NCBI GenBank assembly: GCA_963702205.1
Contig: OY969724.1
Coordinates: 2,144,001-2,208,000, forward strand
Source: an uncultured candidate division Zixibacteria bacterium
GTDB lineage: Bacteria > Zixibacteria > MSB-5A5 > GN15 > PGXB01
Direction of reading: 5' to 3'
Length of the DNA: 64,000 nt
Part shown: positions 50,241 through 60,658 of the stretch, piece by piece
How positions within the stretch are numbered: position 1 is the stretch's first letter
Layout of the letters: each line of letters opens with the position of its first letter
Translations under genes and position numbers: made by a program
Notes under the pieces: model-generated
The model's input: the letters and a program-made list of their open reading frames with translations, nothing else
What the model was told of the DNA's origin: nothing
Database searches by the model: none

Positions 50241-51365
50241 ATGAATCTTAAGCAAATGCTGGTTGAGATGCTGGAACGCAAGGCATCCGACCTTCATCTT
50301 CGCGTTGGAATCCGCCCCAATATACGAGTCAATGGTTCGCTGGAAAAAATCGCCACTGACCCGCTTACGATAGACGAAATGCAGAATATCGTCGGGCAGA
50401 TTCTCAACGAACAACAATTGGAGCGGTTCAATCGCAAGAACGAGATGGACCTGGCTCTTTCGGTGGCCAAGCTCGGACGGTTTCGTATCAATATATATCG
50501 CCAGCGCGGGACCATCGGTATCGCCATACGTGCGGTCAATACCTTAGTGCCGAGTTTTGAAGAACTCCACCTGCCGAACGTCATCCGGGATTTATCCCTG
50601 GAAAAGCGCGGCTTGATTTGTGTAACCGGGACAACCGGTTCGGGTAAGTCGACCTCACTGGCGGCCATGCTGGAGCATATGAACGCCAACCGGATGGACA
50701 ATATCCTGACGGTCGAAGACCCGATCGAGTATATTTATCGTGACAAGAAATGCATTATTTCGCAACGAGAAGTTGGCGCCGATACCGAATCGTTTTCATC
50801 GGCTCTTCGTCACGCACTGCGGCAGGACCCGGATATTATCATGATCGGTGAAATCCGCGACGTGGAAACGATGTCGATCGCATTAACCGCGGCCGACACG
50901 GGGCATTTGGTCCTGACCACACTGCATACGCTGAACGCGGTCGAGACGATATCCCGTATCGTGTCGTTTTTCCCACCTCACCAGCACCAGCAGATTAGAT
51001 TGTTGCTGGCGGGGACGCTGACGGCCATTGTCGGGCAGCGGCTGTTACAGCGGTGCGATATGCCGGGACGAGTTCCGGCACTGGAGATACTGACGACAAC
51101 CGCCGCCGTAAGGGAATACCTTATGGACCCCGAAAAAACGTCGAGTATACCTGACCTTATCGAACAGGGTAAGCAGTACGGTATGCGAACGTTTGACCAG
51201 TCGATTCTGGAGCTGCACCGTCAAGGGAAGATTTCGTTCGAGGAAGCCATGGCCCAGTGTTCGAATCCGGATGATTTCGATTTGCGGGTCAAGGGTATTA
51301 TGGGAGCGGCCGACCGCTGGGGATCGGAAGCTTCGGACAAGACCGAAGATATAAAGAAGTTTTAG
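50241..51365 (+). CDS. pilT: PilT/PilU-family ATPase
   Basis: ASDLHL, GTTGSGKS, EDPIE, LRQDPD, TGHLV.TTLH. Confidence 0.92.
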   Translation: MNLKQMLVEMLERKASDLHLRVGIRPNIRVNGSLEKIATDPLTIDEMQNIVGQILNEQQLERFNRKNEMDLALSVAKLGRFRINIYRQRGTIGIAIRAVNTLVPSFEELHLPNVIRDLSLEKRGLICVTGTTGSGKSTSLAAMLEHMNANRMDNILTVEDPIEYIYRDKKCIISQREVGADTESFSSALRHALRQDPDIIMIGEIRDVETMSIALTAADTGHLVLTTLHTLNAVETISRIVSFFPPHQHQQIRLLLAGTLTAIVGQRLLQRCDMPGRVPALEILTTTAAVREYLMDPEKTSSIPDLIEQGKQYGMRTFDQSILELHRQGKISFEEAMAQCSNPDDFDLRVKGIMGAADRWGSEASDKTEDIKKF

Positions 51366-51412
51366 CATATATTTTTTTATTGGATTAGTACTACAACCGA
51401 ATAGGACTCGTT

Positions 51413-52798
51413 TTGATCAAGAAAGTACTCATCGCCAATCGCGGGGAGATTGCCCTGCGTATCATTCGCGCCTGCCGCGAACTGGGAATTCAGACGGTCG
51501 CCGTATACAGCGAAGCCGATCGTGATGCTTTGCACGTCCGCTTCGCCGACGAGGACGTCTGTATCGGGCCGGCCAGCCCGACCCAGAGTTATCTTGACGC
51601 CAAGAGCATAATTGCGGCCGCCGAAGTTACCGGCGCCGATGCTATACATCCGGGATACGGTTTTCTGGCGGAAAACGCCGAATTCGCTGAAATCTGTCAA
51701 TCGTGCGGAATAAATTTCATCGGCCCTACGCCGGACATGATCCGCAAAATGGGTGACAAAGGCGTCGCCAAACAAGTCATGAAGGATGCCGGTATCCCCG
51801 TCATTCCGGGATCCGACGGTATCGTGACGTCAATGGATGAGGCTCGCTCGATAGCGGCCCGTATTGGCTACCCGGTTCTCATCAAGGCCGTGGCGGGTGG
51901 CGGCGGTCGCGGCATGCGACTGGTGCAAAAAGAGGAAAACCTGGAAAAGGCCTTCCAGATGGCCCGTGCCGAAGCCGAAATCGCTTTCAAGAATCCCGAC
52001 GTATATATCGAAAAGGTCATTGTCGAGCCGCATCACGTGGAGATACAGATTCTCGGCGACAGCTACGGCAATATCATACATCTCGGCGAGCGCGACTGCA
52101 CGGTACAGCGTCGCCACCAGAAGTTGATCGAAGAATGTCCGTCGCCGATAGTGACGCCGGATCTTCGCAATGAGATGGGCCGCACGGCGGTAATCGGTGC
52201 CTCGACCATCAAATACCTCGGTGCCGGAACCATGGAATTTCTGGTCGACGCCCAGCGCAATTTCTATTTCATGGAGATGAACACGCGTATTCAGGTCGAG
52301 CATCCCATTACTGAAGAAGCGGTCGAACTCGATATACTCAAAGAACAAGTGCGTATCGCGGCCGGACATAAGCTGCGGCACCGTCAGGAAGATATCATGA
52401 TGAACTGGCATTCCATGGAATGCCGCATAAACGCCGAAGACGTGGAAAAAGATTTCCGTCCGACTCCGGGCAAGATCACGTCGTTTCACGTTCCCGGCGG
52501 ACGGGGTGTGCGGGTCGATACGGCGGCTTACGCCGGGTATGTCATCCCGCAGTATTATGATTCCATGATCGCGAAGTTGATCGTCAAAGCCCGCACCCGG
52601 GAAGCGGCCATTACGAAAATGAAGTTCGCCCTGGAAGAGTTCATTGTCGAGGGAGTGCCGACGACGATTGATTATCACAAGAAAATATTAAGCCATCCTG
52701 ATTTTGTGTCAGGGAACTTCGATACATCGTTTGTTGAGAAATTATCTCGGGCAGAGGAAGCCGCTGCGGTTGCACAAGGCGGCGGCCCGAAGAACTAA
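51413..52798 (+). CDS. accC: Biotin carboxylase
   Basis: [35 protein letters not shown]. Confidence 0.96.
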   Translation: MIKKVLIANRGEIALRIIRACRELGIQTVAVYSEADRDALHVRFADEDVCIGPASPTQSYLDAKSIIAAAEVTGADAIHPGYGFLAENAEFAEICQSCGINFIGPTPDMIRKMGDKGVAKQVMKDAGIPVIPGSDGIVTSMDEARSIAARIGYPVLIKAVAGGGGRGMRLVQKEENLEKAFQMARAEAEIAFKNPDVYIEKVIVEPHHVEIQILGDSYGNIIHLGERDCTVQRRHQKLIEECPSPIVTPDLRNEMGRTAVIGASTIKYLGAGTMEFLVDAQRNFYFMEMNTRIQVEHPITEEAVELDILKEQVRIAAGHKLRHRQEDIMMNWHSMECRINAEDVEKDFRPTPGKITSFHVPGGRGVRVDTAAYAGYVIPQYYDSMIAKLIVKARTREAAITKMKFALEEFIVEGVPTTIDYHKKILSHPDFVSGNFDTSFVEKLSRAEEAAAVAQGGGPKN

Positions 52799-52812
52799 GA
52801 AAGGGAGGAGCG

Positions 52813-53196
52813 GTGAGCATTCCGTCCGATTTGAGATATACCTCAGAACATGAATGGGTATCGCTGGAGGGCAATCTGGCAACCGTGGGGATTACCGATT
52901 TCGCCCAGGGTGAACTGGGTGACATCGTATTCGTGGAACTGCCGAATGTCGGCGATGAAGTCAAGGCGGGGTCCGCTTTCGGGACGATCGAAGCGGTTAA
53001 GGCCGTATCCGAATTATTCGCGCCGGTTGGCGGAAAGGTTTCGGAAATCAACGCCGAACTGCATGACAACCCGACCGTGGTAAACAGCGATCCGTACGGC
53101 GACGGCTGGATGATTAAAATCGAGGTCAAGGACCCCGGTGAATTCGAGAAATTATTGCCCGCCTCGGAATATGAGAAACTGACCGAACAGGATTAA
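52813..53196 (+). CDS. gcvH: Glycine cleavage H protein
   Basis: HEWV, GITDFAQ..LGD, EAVKA lipoyl site, PYGDGW. Confidence 0.96.
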   Translation: MSIPSDLRYTSEHEWVSLEGNLATVGITDFAQGELGDIVFVELPNVGDEVKAGSAFGTIEAVKAVSELFAPVGGKVSEINAELHDNPTVVNSDPYGDGWMIKIEVKDPGEFEKLLPASEYEKLTEQD

Positions 53197-53204
53197 TCAA
53201 AAAT

Positions 53205-54572
53205 ATGGCATATATTCCCAATACCGACGGCGATCGTCGGCAAATGCTGGACAAAATCGGCGTCAAAAACTTTGAAGAACTTTTGGCACCGGTGCCCAAA
53301 AATGTACGTCTGCAAAAACCTCTGGATATGTCCGGTCCGGTTTCCGAACTGGAGCTGTTGCGCGACATTGACCGGATTTCCCGCAAGAACACGACCGGCC
53401 TGATTTCGTTTGCCGGAGGAGGGGTGTACGATCATTTTATCCCCTCGGCCGTCGAGCGCATTATCAGCCGTCCGGAATTCATGACGGCTTATACGCCGTA
53501 CCAGGCCGAAGTATCACAGGGGACGCTGCAAGTTATATATGAATTCCAGACGCATATTTGCCGTCTGACCGGACTCGACGTGGCCAATGCATCGATGTAC
53601 GACGGGGCTTCGGCCGCGGCCGAAGCGGCACTTTTGGCGATCAATGCCACCGGAAGAAAAAAAGTAGTGGTGTCCGAAACGGTCAACCCGTTGTTCCGAG
53701 AAGTGCTCGCAACGTACACATCGGGTCGTGAAATCGAAATTGTCAACGCGCCTTTCGATGCCAAAAACGGCTCGACCGATTTGGATGGACTCGAAAATGT
53801 GGTCGACGATAAAGCCGCCTGTGTTATAATGGCCCAGCCCAATTTCTTCGGGGTACTGGAAGATATTTCATCCGGCGCGGAATTGGCCCACAAGCACGGT
53901 GCTTTGATGGTGGTGGTCGTCGATCCGATTGCGGCGGCGCTTCTGAAAACCCCGGCCGACGGCGGGGCCGATATCGCTGTCGGCGAAGGCCAGCCGCTGG
54001 GGATAAATCTCAATTTCGGTGGGCCGCTCCTGGGGTTTTTCGCGGTCAGCAAAAAGCTGATTCGCCTTATGCCGGGACGCCTGGTGGCAAGAACGGTCGA
54101 CGAAGACGGCCGTCCCGGTTTTGTCCTTACTTTGCAAACGCGCGAACAACATATTCGCCGGGACAAAGCGACGTCGAACATTTGCACTAACCAGGCCTTG
54201 TGCGCCACGGCGGCGGCGGTATATATATCGCTCCTGGGCAAGAAAGGTCTCAAAAAGGTGGCGCTGCTTTCAATGGAGAAGACTCATCGGGCGGCGAATA
54301 AAATTTATGAACTGGGCGGCTTTGAACCGTACTTCGAAGGTGCTTTTATCCGCGAGACGGTAGTCAAGACGCCGATTCCGGCGAAGGACCTGATCGATAA
54401 AATGATTAAAGACGACCATGTTTTGCCGGGCATCAACCTCGGCCGATTTTATCCGGGGTTGGAAAACGGGCTTCTTCTGGCCGCGACGGAAAAACGTACC
54501 GATTCGGATATCGGCGCGCTGATAAAAGGATTGAAGAACTTCGCTACGAACGCGGTTTTGTCGGAAGTTTAA
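53205..54572 (+). CDS. gcvPA: Glycine dehydrogenase subunit 1
   Basis: YTPYQAEVSQG, NASMYDG, REQHIRR.KATSNICTNQ. Confidence 0.96.
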   Translation: MAYIPNTDGDRRQMLDKIGVKNFEELLAPVPKNVRLQKPLDMSGPVSELELLRDIDRISRKNTTGLISFAGGGVYDHFIPSAVERIISRPEFMTAYTPYQAEVSQGTLQVIYEFQTHICRLTGLDVANASMYDGASAAAEAALLAINATGRKKVVVSETVNPLFREVLATYTSGREIEIVNAPFDAKNGSTDLDGLENVVDDKAACVIMAQPNFFGVLEDISSGAELAHKHGALMVVVVDPIAAALLKTPADGGADIAVGEGQPLGINLNFGGPLLGFFAVSKKLIRLMPGRLVARTVDEDGRPGFVLTLQTREQHIRRDKATSNICTNQALCATAAAVYISLLGKKGLKKVALLSMEKTHRAANKIYELGGFEPYFEGAFIRETVVKTPIPAKDLIDKMIKDDHVLPGINLGRFYPGLENGLLLAATEKRTDSDIGALIKGLKNFATNAVLSEV

Positions 54573-54591
54573 CGTGATTGGCACGATTGGT

Positions 54592-54897
54592 ATGTCCGAA
54601 GATCAAAATAATGATAATGAAAGCCGGGCATTTAATGAAGACGACTGGAAATCGCTGGGCAAGGTTAACGATGCCATGTCGGCCGGTTTCGCCAAAGAGA
54701 CGCTGGCATCATATAATATTCCCTGCGTCGTGTTTTCCGAATCGGGCTTTTTCGGGCAGGCCGGTTTAAATCTCCCGCAGGCCTACGGTTCGCGACTGGG
54801 GCAATTCGAGATTTTTGTTCCTGAGGAATTTATGGAAGAAGCCGTAGATATAATGAACATGATATTCGGCGACAGCTGGATTCATACGGATGCATGA
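54592..54897 (+). CDS. DUF2007-like small protein
   Basis: A...K..L.S..IPC...IFVPEE..EEA pattern; start uncertain. Confidence 0.6.
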   Translation: MSEDQNNDNESRAFNEDDWKSLGKVNDAMSAGFAKETLASYNIPCVVFSESGFFGQAGLNLPQAYGSRLGQFEIFVPEEFMEEAVDIMNMIFGDSWIHTDA

Positions 54898-54932
54898 AAA
54901 TTTAAGCTATTCATAATGGAAGGAGAGAGAGG

Positions 54933-55826
54933 ATGAGAAGACTACAGGGCAGAACGATGCTGTTGAGCCTTTTCCTCGCGATTGGCTTGACGGTTTTGTT
55001 GACGGCGTGCGGTTCAAAAGAGGAGCCGACGGCATCCCCGACGCTGAATTTTTTCACCAGTTTCGATCAAGCCGCCAATGCCGCGGCCACCGAAAACAAG
55101 CCATTCATGGTGAAATTTTATACGGACTGGTGCACGTGGTGCAAGACTATGGATACGATTACGCTGGTTGATTCCGGGGTGGTTTCCTTCCTGAACGATT
55201 CTTTCGTGGTCGCCAAGGTTAACGCCGAAGTCGATACGGCTACGGCCCAGAAATATTCCGTTATGGGGTATCCGACGACCATCCTGTTTGACAGCAAGGG
55301 CGATGAAATCGAACGCATTGTCGGCTATCTGCCTCCGGAAGAATTCCTCGAAACGGTTGACAATTACATGCACGGAATCGGCACGCTGGATTATTATCTG
55401 GCTTTGGCCGATACGGCCGGCACGAGCGACGTTTATTTCGCCATCGCCGAGAAATATAACGACCGGGGCAAATCGGACGATGCTAAAGCCTACTATGATA
55501 AAGTTGTCAAGGCTGATCCGAATAATAAAGACGGTTTTACCGATCGCTCGATGATTTCTCTGGGCAATATTTTGCGCGGAGCCAAGGACTACGACGGGGC
55601 CATCAAACAGTTCGGCCAGGTCATGAATAATTTCAAGGGCACCGAGTCGGCCGCCGACGCCGAAATTTGGACGGCCATAACCTATCGCCAAAAGGGCGAC
55701 ACGACCAAGGCGATACAATGGTTCGAGGGCTTTTTAAAGGACCATCCGGAAAGCTCGGATACATCATACGCCATGGCTCAAATCGAAAAGTTGAAGAACC
55801 CTCCGCAACCCGAAGAAGAAGAGTAG
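54933..55826 (+). CDS. Thioredoxin-fold/TPR lipoprotein
   Basis: LTAC lipobox; FYTDWCTWCK; GYPT cis-Pro loop; TPRs. Confidence 0.88.
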   Translation: MRRLQGRTMLLSLFLAIGLTVLLTACGSKEEPTASPTLNFFTSFDQAANAAATENKPFMVKFYTDWCTWCKTMDTITLVDSGVVSFLNDSFVVAKVNAEVDTATAQKYSVMGYPTTILFDSKGDEIERIVGYLPPEEFLETVDNYMHGIGTLDYYLALADTAGTSDVYFAIAEKYNDRGKSDDAKAYYDKVVKADPNNKDGFTDRSMISLGNILRGAKDYDGAIKQFGQVMNNFKGTESAADAEIWTAITYRQKGDTTKAIQWFEGFLKDHPESSDTSYAMAQIEKLKNPPQPEEEE

Positions 55827-55840
55827 AACTGAAAGAAGCA

Positions 55841-57298
55841 ATGTCAGACAAGCAACTGATATATGAAAAATCCTCGCCGGGCATCGAAGGATGCCCGCTG
55901 CCGGATACGCAGGCGACCGAAAAGGAATTGCTCGCGATGATTCCAGCACAGTACAGGCGTGATAGCGACGCCGAACTGCCGGAACTGGCCGAGGGTGAAG
56001 TGATGCGGCATTTTGTGGGGCTGTCGGTCAAGAATCATCATATCGAAAAAGGGTTCTATCCGCTCGGCTCCTGTACCATGAAATACAATCCCAAGGTCAA
56101 CGACAAAGCGTCGGGGATGCCCGCTTTCACCGATCAACACCCTTTGGCGCCGTGTCATACGTCGCTGGGGACGCTCCAGGTTATGGATGAACTGCAGGCG
56201 CTGCTTCGGGAGATTTCGGGATTCGACGCCGTCTCGTTGCAGCCGGTGGCCGGAGCCCAGGGTGAATTTACGGGGCTGCTGATCATACGGGCGTATCATA
56301 GAGATCAGGGCAACGTCCGAAAGAAAGTCCTGATTCCCGCCTCGGCGCACGGCACCAATCCGGCGTCGGTGACGCTGGCCGGGTATCAGACGGTGCAGAT
56401 AAAAGCCGGGCCTGACGGTACTCTCTCCGCCGACACGGTCAGAGAGGCGATGGACGAAGACGTGGCGGCATTAATGCTGACCAATCCCAATACGGTCGGG
56501 CTATTCGAGTCCAATATCGAAGAGATCTCTCGAGTCGTGCACGATGCCGGAGCGCTGATTTATATGGACGGAGCCAATCTCAATGCGCAGTTGGGAATTG
56601 TCAAACCGGGCAAGATAGGGTTCGACGTGCTGCATTTCAATCTGCACAAAACGTTTTCCACGCCGCACGGCGGCGGAGGACCGGGAGCGGGTGCAGTCGG
56701 TGTTGTCAAGAAACTGGAGCCGTACCTGCCGTATCCGGTGTTGTCACGGTTGCCTGAAGAGGACAACAGGCTCTTCCTCGATTATAACCGACCCAAGTCG
56801 ATTGGCCGCATACACAGCTTTTATGGTAATATGGCCAACGCGATTCGGGCATATGCATATATCAGGACTTTGGGAGCCAGCGGGCTGCGAGAAATTTCCG
56901 AAAACGCCATAATAAACGCCAATTACCTGAGGGTTTTACTCAAAGACGAATTCGAAATGCCATTCGATAAGATATGCCAGCATGAATTCGTGCTGTCATG
57001 TAATCGTCAGAAGAAGAACGGTGCCAGGGCTCTCGATCTGGCCAAGCGTCTTTTGGATTTCGGTTTCCATGCTCCGACCGTCTATTTTCCGCTGATCGTT
57101 CCGGAAGCGTTCATGATCGAGCCGACTGAGACCGAAAGCAAAGAAACGCTTGATCAGTTCGCCGAGGCGATGCTTAAAATTTCGGCGGAAGCCAAAGAAA
57201 ACCCGGATATGCTGCATCACGCTCCGTATTCGACACCGGTCAGGCGGCTGGATGAAGTTCGTGCCGCACGTGAGCAGGATGTTTGCTATAAAGAATAG
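55841..57298 (+). CDS. gcvPB: Glycine dehydrogenase subunit 2
   Basis: PLGSCTMKYNP, HGTNPAS, NLHKTFSTPHGGGGPG; start at MSDKQ. Confidence 0.96.
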   Translation: MSDKQLIYEKSSPGIEGCPLPDTQATEKELLAMIPAQYRRDSDAELPELAEGEVMRHFVGLSVKNHHIEKGFYPLGSCTMKYNPKVNDKASGMPAFTDQHPLAPCHTSLGTLQVMDELQALLREISGFDAVSLQPVAGAQGEFTGLLIIRAYHRDQGNVRKKVLIPASAHGTNPASVTLAGYQTVQIKAGPDGTLSADTVREAMDEDVAALMLTNPNTVGLFESNIEEISRVVHDAGALIYMDGANLNAQLGIVKPGKIGFDVLHFNLHKTFSTPHGGGGPGAGAVGVVKKLEPYLPYPVLSRLPEEDNRLFLDYNRPKSIGRIHSFYGNMANAIRAYAYIRTLGASGLREISENAIINANYLRVLLKDEFEMPFDKICQHEFVLSCNRQKKNGARALDLAKRLLDFGFHAPTVYFPLIVPEAFMIEPTETESKETLDQFAEAMLKISAEAKENPDMLHHAPYSTPVRRLDEVRAAREQDVCYKE

Positions 57299-57319
57299 TC
57301 TTTAGATTTTCGAATATAC

Positions 57320-57358
57320 GCGCCGATGGCTTGATTTAATCCATCGGCGCTTTTATTT
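57320..57358 (+). terminator. Intrinsic terminator after gcvPB
   Basis: gcgccgatgg-loop-ccatcggcgc-ttttatttt. Confidence 0.8.
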
Positions 57359-58950
57359 TGCCATCTATGATAAAATTCGATCAGGTCGGTTTTGAATATC
57401 CGGGCGGCAAAAAGATCTTCGACAACCTGTCGTTCGAAATTGTGCCCGGTGAACAGGTCGCGATTGTCGGCGGCAACGGTTCCGGCAAGACGACTTTAAT
57501 GCTGCTGATCGACGGTATCCTCAAAGCCAAAAAAGGCAAAATCGAAATTGGCGGGCTTGATCCATCCATCGAAAAAGACAAAGAACAGCTTCATCGCAAA
57601 GTCGGGCTCGTCCTTCAGGACCCCGATAATCAGTTGGTGTCGACCACGGTCGAGCGGGAAATCGCCTTTTCTCTGGAGAATATGAATATTCCGCATCCCG
57701 AACTGGGCGACAGAGTACACAATCTGATAGATAGTTTCGGGATGAAGTCGATGACCAACCGGTTGACATCTGAGCTGTCCGGTGGTGAAAAACAGAAGCT
57801 GGCTTTGGCAGCGGTGATGATTACCTGGCCGGACATTTTGATACTCGACGAACCAGACTCTTTTCTGGATGAGACCGGAAAACGGACATTGGAGCAGACT
57901 GTAAAGAGCCTGGTTGAACAAAATCCTCAGCTAATTATTATCAGGGTAACTCAATATGCCCGGGTGGCCATGGCATACGGCCGGATAATTGCGCTGAACG
58001 ACGGCGCGATTGTCGCCGACGGTCCGGCCTCGGAAGTATATGCCGATACAGGCCGGTGCCAAAGGTGGGGCATAGACATTCCGCTCGAGTATCGGCTTTC
58101 ATCGGTCGGCAATTATCAATCGAACAATCTTCCGGAAGGGCTAAATCGGTCCGTTACGTCAGGTCCCGCCACAGCGCGAAGTATAAGGCTGAATGACATA
58201 TCATTCGGGTATGAATCCAACAATCTAATTCTCGGAGCTGTAAATCTAATATTGGAAAGCGGAAAAGTCCATGCGATAGTTGGGCCCTCGGGAAGCGGCA
58301 AATCGACTATTCTTCAGATAATCGCCGGGTTGCTAAAGCCGACCGCCGGAGATATTTATCACGAAGACTTCCAGCTGCAGCGGGGCGATATTACCATGTC
58401 ATTCCAGCAGGCCGAAAAGCAGTTTTTTCTGGAAACAGTTGATAAAGAGCTTCGTTTCGGGGCGGAGAATCTCGCGAAATCGGGAATGGAAGACATTATC
58501 GCGCGATGCTATCAATCCATAGATTTTGACAGAAACGAATTCTCTATACGTGACCCGTTTACTCTTTCAGGGGGAGAACAAAGAAGATTGGCGTTCGGGA
58601 CGGTACTATCGCTCGACCCGAAATTCGTACTGTTCGATGAGCCGACCTGCGCCCTGGACGCACGCGGAACGGCGCTTTTTATACGACTGGTAAGGCAGCT
58701 TCGAGTCGAGGGGAGAGGCGTCGTTATCGTATCCCACGACGGGAATCTGGTTCTGGAATTGGCCGAGAAGATATTCGTGCTAAACGACGGCTCTATATCG
58801 GAACCCTATGACAAAGAAACCTTTTTTACCTCGATTGATTATTCGTCCTATCTCTCGGTGCCGGAAATTATAAAATACCAAATGGATAAACTGGGCCGGG
58901 TCAAGTATTTTACCGAAAATGATTTGTTCGAAGCTTATCCGGCTCTTTGA
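57358..58950 (+). CDS. ECF-type transporter duplicated ATPase (EcfA-A' fusion)
   Basis: Two Walker A motifs, QDPDNQ, LSGG twice, DEP twice. Confidence 0.85.
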   Translation: MPSMIKFDQVGFEYPGGKKIFDNLSFEIVPGEQVAIVGGNGSGKTTLMLLIDGILKAKKGKIEIGGLDPSIEKDKEQLHRKVGLVLQDPDNQLVSTTVEREIAFSLENMNIPHPELGDRVHNLIDSFGMKSMTNRLTSELSGGEKQKLALAAVMITWPDILILDEPDSFLDETGKRTLEQTVKSLVEQNPQLIIIRVTQYARVAMAYGRIIALNDGAIVADGPASEVYADTGRCQRWGIDIPLEYRLSSVGNYQSNNLPEGLNRSVTSGPATARSIRLNDISFGYESNNLILGAVNLILESGKVHAIVGPSGSGKSTILQIIAGLLKPTAGDIYHEDFQLQRGDITMSFQQAEKQFFLETVDKELRFGAENLAKSGMEDIIARCYQSIDFDRNEFSIRDPFTLSGGEQRRLAFGTVLSLDPKFVLFDEPTCALDARGTALFIRLVRQLRVEGRGVVIVSHDGNLVLELAEKIFVLNDGSISEPYDKETFFTSIDYSSYLSVPEIIKYQMDKLGRVKYFTENDLFEAYPAL

Positions 58951-59014
58951 GTTATAATTTTCCTGTAATACCTCTTGACGGTCGCAGAAATTTCTTTATT
59001 ATCCTGTAATTTTA

Positions 59015-59107
59015 AAACCTTTTAATGTCGTCCGGAGAGACGGCAAAAGGAGTTTGGTTATGCTCAAGATTCCAATTTGATTTTCGACGGGCCGAAGGCC
59101 GTTTTTT
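59015..59107 (+). promoter_or_regulatory. PyrR-binding leader / attenuator
   Basis: ccttttaa-tgtcgtc-cggaga-gacggca-aaagg resembles the PyrR binding loop (UUUAA..GUCCNGAGAG); GC hairpin plus U6 before pyrR; TTGACG-N16-TATTAT upstream. Confidence 0.8.
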
Positions 59108-59147
59108 ATAATAGTCTTTTCTCACAGCCAGAAAATCAGGAGGCAAA

Positions 59148-59711
59148 TTGCAGGATATAAACGGTGAAATTTTGCTCGATAGCGAAGGCATGGACCGGGC
59201 CATAACGAGGATCTCACATGAAATACTGGAGAAAAATCGTGGTGCCGATACGCTGGTGTTGATCGGCATATTATCGCGCGGTGCCGACCTGGCCAAACGC
59301 ATCGCGGGCAAAATTAAAGAAATAGAAAAAGTCGAGGTGCCGGTCGGGCTGTTGGATATAAATTTGTATCGCGACGACGTGCATTCCAAACTCGATCAGC
59401 CAATTATTCAGCGGACAGAATTACTTTTCGACGTCGTCGATCGCAATGTCATCCTGGTCGATGACGTGCTTTTCACCGGCCGGACGATCCGCGCGGCGCT
59501 CGATGCTATTGTGGATTTCGGGCGTCCCCGTTCGATTCAACTGGCCGTTCTGATCGACCGCGGTCATCGTGAACTGCCGATCCGTCCGGATTATATAGGC
59601 AAAAACATTCCAACCTCGAAAGACGATCGCGTTCTGGTGCGTCTTAGCGAACGCGATGACCGGGATGTCGTCATCTCCGAAAAGAATGGTTTAAAAGGAG
59701 GCGCCAAATGA
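59148..59711 (+). CDS. pyrR: Pyrimidine operon regulator / UPRTase
   Basis: RISHEI.E.N, LYRDD, VDDVLFTGRT, DRGHRELPI; TTG start with AGGAGG. Confidence 0.96.
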   Translation: MQDINGEILLDSEGMDRAITRISHEILEKNRGADTLVLIGILSRGADLAKRIAGKIKEIEKVEVPVGLLDINLYRDDVHSKLDQPIIQRTELLFDVVDRNVILVDDVLFTGRTIRAALDAIVDFGRPRSIQLAVLIDRGHRELPIRPDYIGKNIPTSKDDRVLVRLSERDDRDVVISEKNGLKGGAK

Positions 59712-60658
59712 CCGCTTCCGCACTGCGCTCGAGACATCTGCTGGGACTCGAAGGCGTCACGCGCGAGGAAATTAATCTCATTCTGGATACCGCCGATACC
59801 TTTCGGGAGATTATAGATCGTCCGATCAAAAAGGTCCCGACTCTTCGCGGCATTACCGTTTTGAACCTTTTTTATGAGCCATCTACCCGAACCCGCATTT
59901 CGTTCGAGCTGGCCGAAAAGCGTCTTTCGGCCGACACCGTCAATTTTGCCAAGTCGGGCTCATCGGTTTCCAAAGGCGAAAGCCTCAAGGATACGGTACG
60001 CAATATCGAGTCGCTGAAGATAGACATGATCGTTATCCGGCATTCATCGACCGGGTCGCCGTTTTTCCTGACGCAATTCGTCGATTCCAACGTCATCAAC
60101 GCCGGGGATGGTTCTCACGAGCACCCGACTCAGGCACTCCTGGATATGCTGACTATCCGACAGAAATACGGCAAGATCGACGGCTTACGGGTTGTACTTA
60201 TTGGCGACGTGAAACATTCCCGGGTGGTACGCTCGAATATCTGGGGTCTGAAAACGATGGGGGCCTCGGTGGCGGTTTGCGGGCCATCGACGCTTCTGCC
60301 GTACGAAGCCGAAAAATTCGGAGTTGATATATATACCGATCTGGATAAGGCCCTCGACGGCGCCGACGTCGTCAACGTCATGCGCATACAGCTGGAACGC
60401 CAGCAGGCGGGGCTGTTGCCGTCGCTTCGTGAGTACACCAATCTGTTCGGGATGACTAAAGACCGTTTGCACCTCCTGAACGGCAATTACACTATCATGC
60501 ACCCGGGACCGATGAATCGCGGTGTCGAAATTACTCCGGAAGTAGCCGACAGCGAATCCTCGGTGATTCTCAATCAGGTGACCAACGGTCAGGCGGTGCG
60601 GATGGCCGTCCTGTACCTTTTGTCCGGCAAGAAAGAAGCGCGGGGGGAGGAGGCATAA
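59708..60658 (+). CDS. pyrB: Aspartate carbamoyltransferase
   Basis: FYEPSTRT, HPTQ.LLD, RIQLER, HPGP. Confidence 0.96.
   Translation: MTASALRSRHLLGLEGVTREEINLILDTADTFREIIDRPIKKVPTLRGITVLNLFYEPSTRTRISFELAEKRLSADTVNFAKSGSSVSKGESLKDTVRNIESLKIDMIVIRHSSTGSPFFLTQFVDSNVINAGDGSHEHPTQALLDMLTIRQKYGKIDGLRVVLIGDVKHSRVVRSNIWGLKTMGASVAVCGPSTLLPYEAEKFGVDIYTDLDKALDGADVVNVMRIQLERQQAGLLPSLREYTNLFGMTKDRLHLLNGNYTIMHPGPMNRGVEITPEVADSESSVILNQVTNGQAVRMAVLYLLSGKKEARGEEA

Noticed and set aside
51255..51275. tRNA T-loop-like gttcgaatcc
   Set aside because: Lies inside the pilT coding sequence with no cloverleaf
55667..55840. N-terminal extension of gcvPB in the ORF track
   Set aside because: Overlaps the thioredoxin-TPR gene; GcvPB-like sequence begins at ATG 55841
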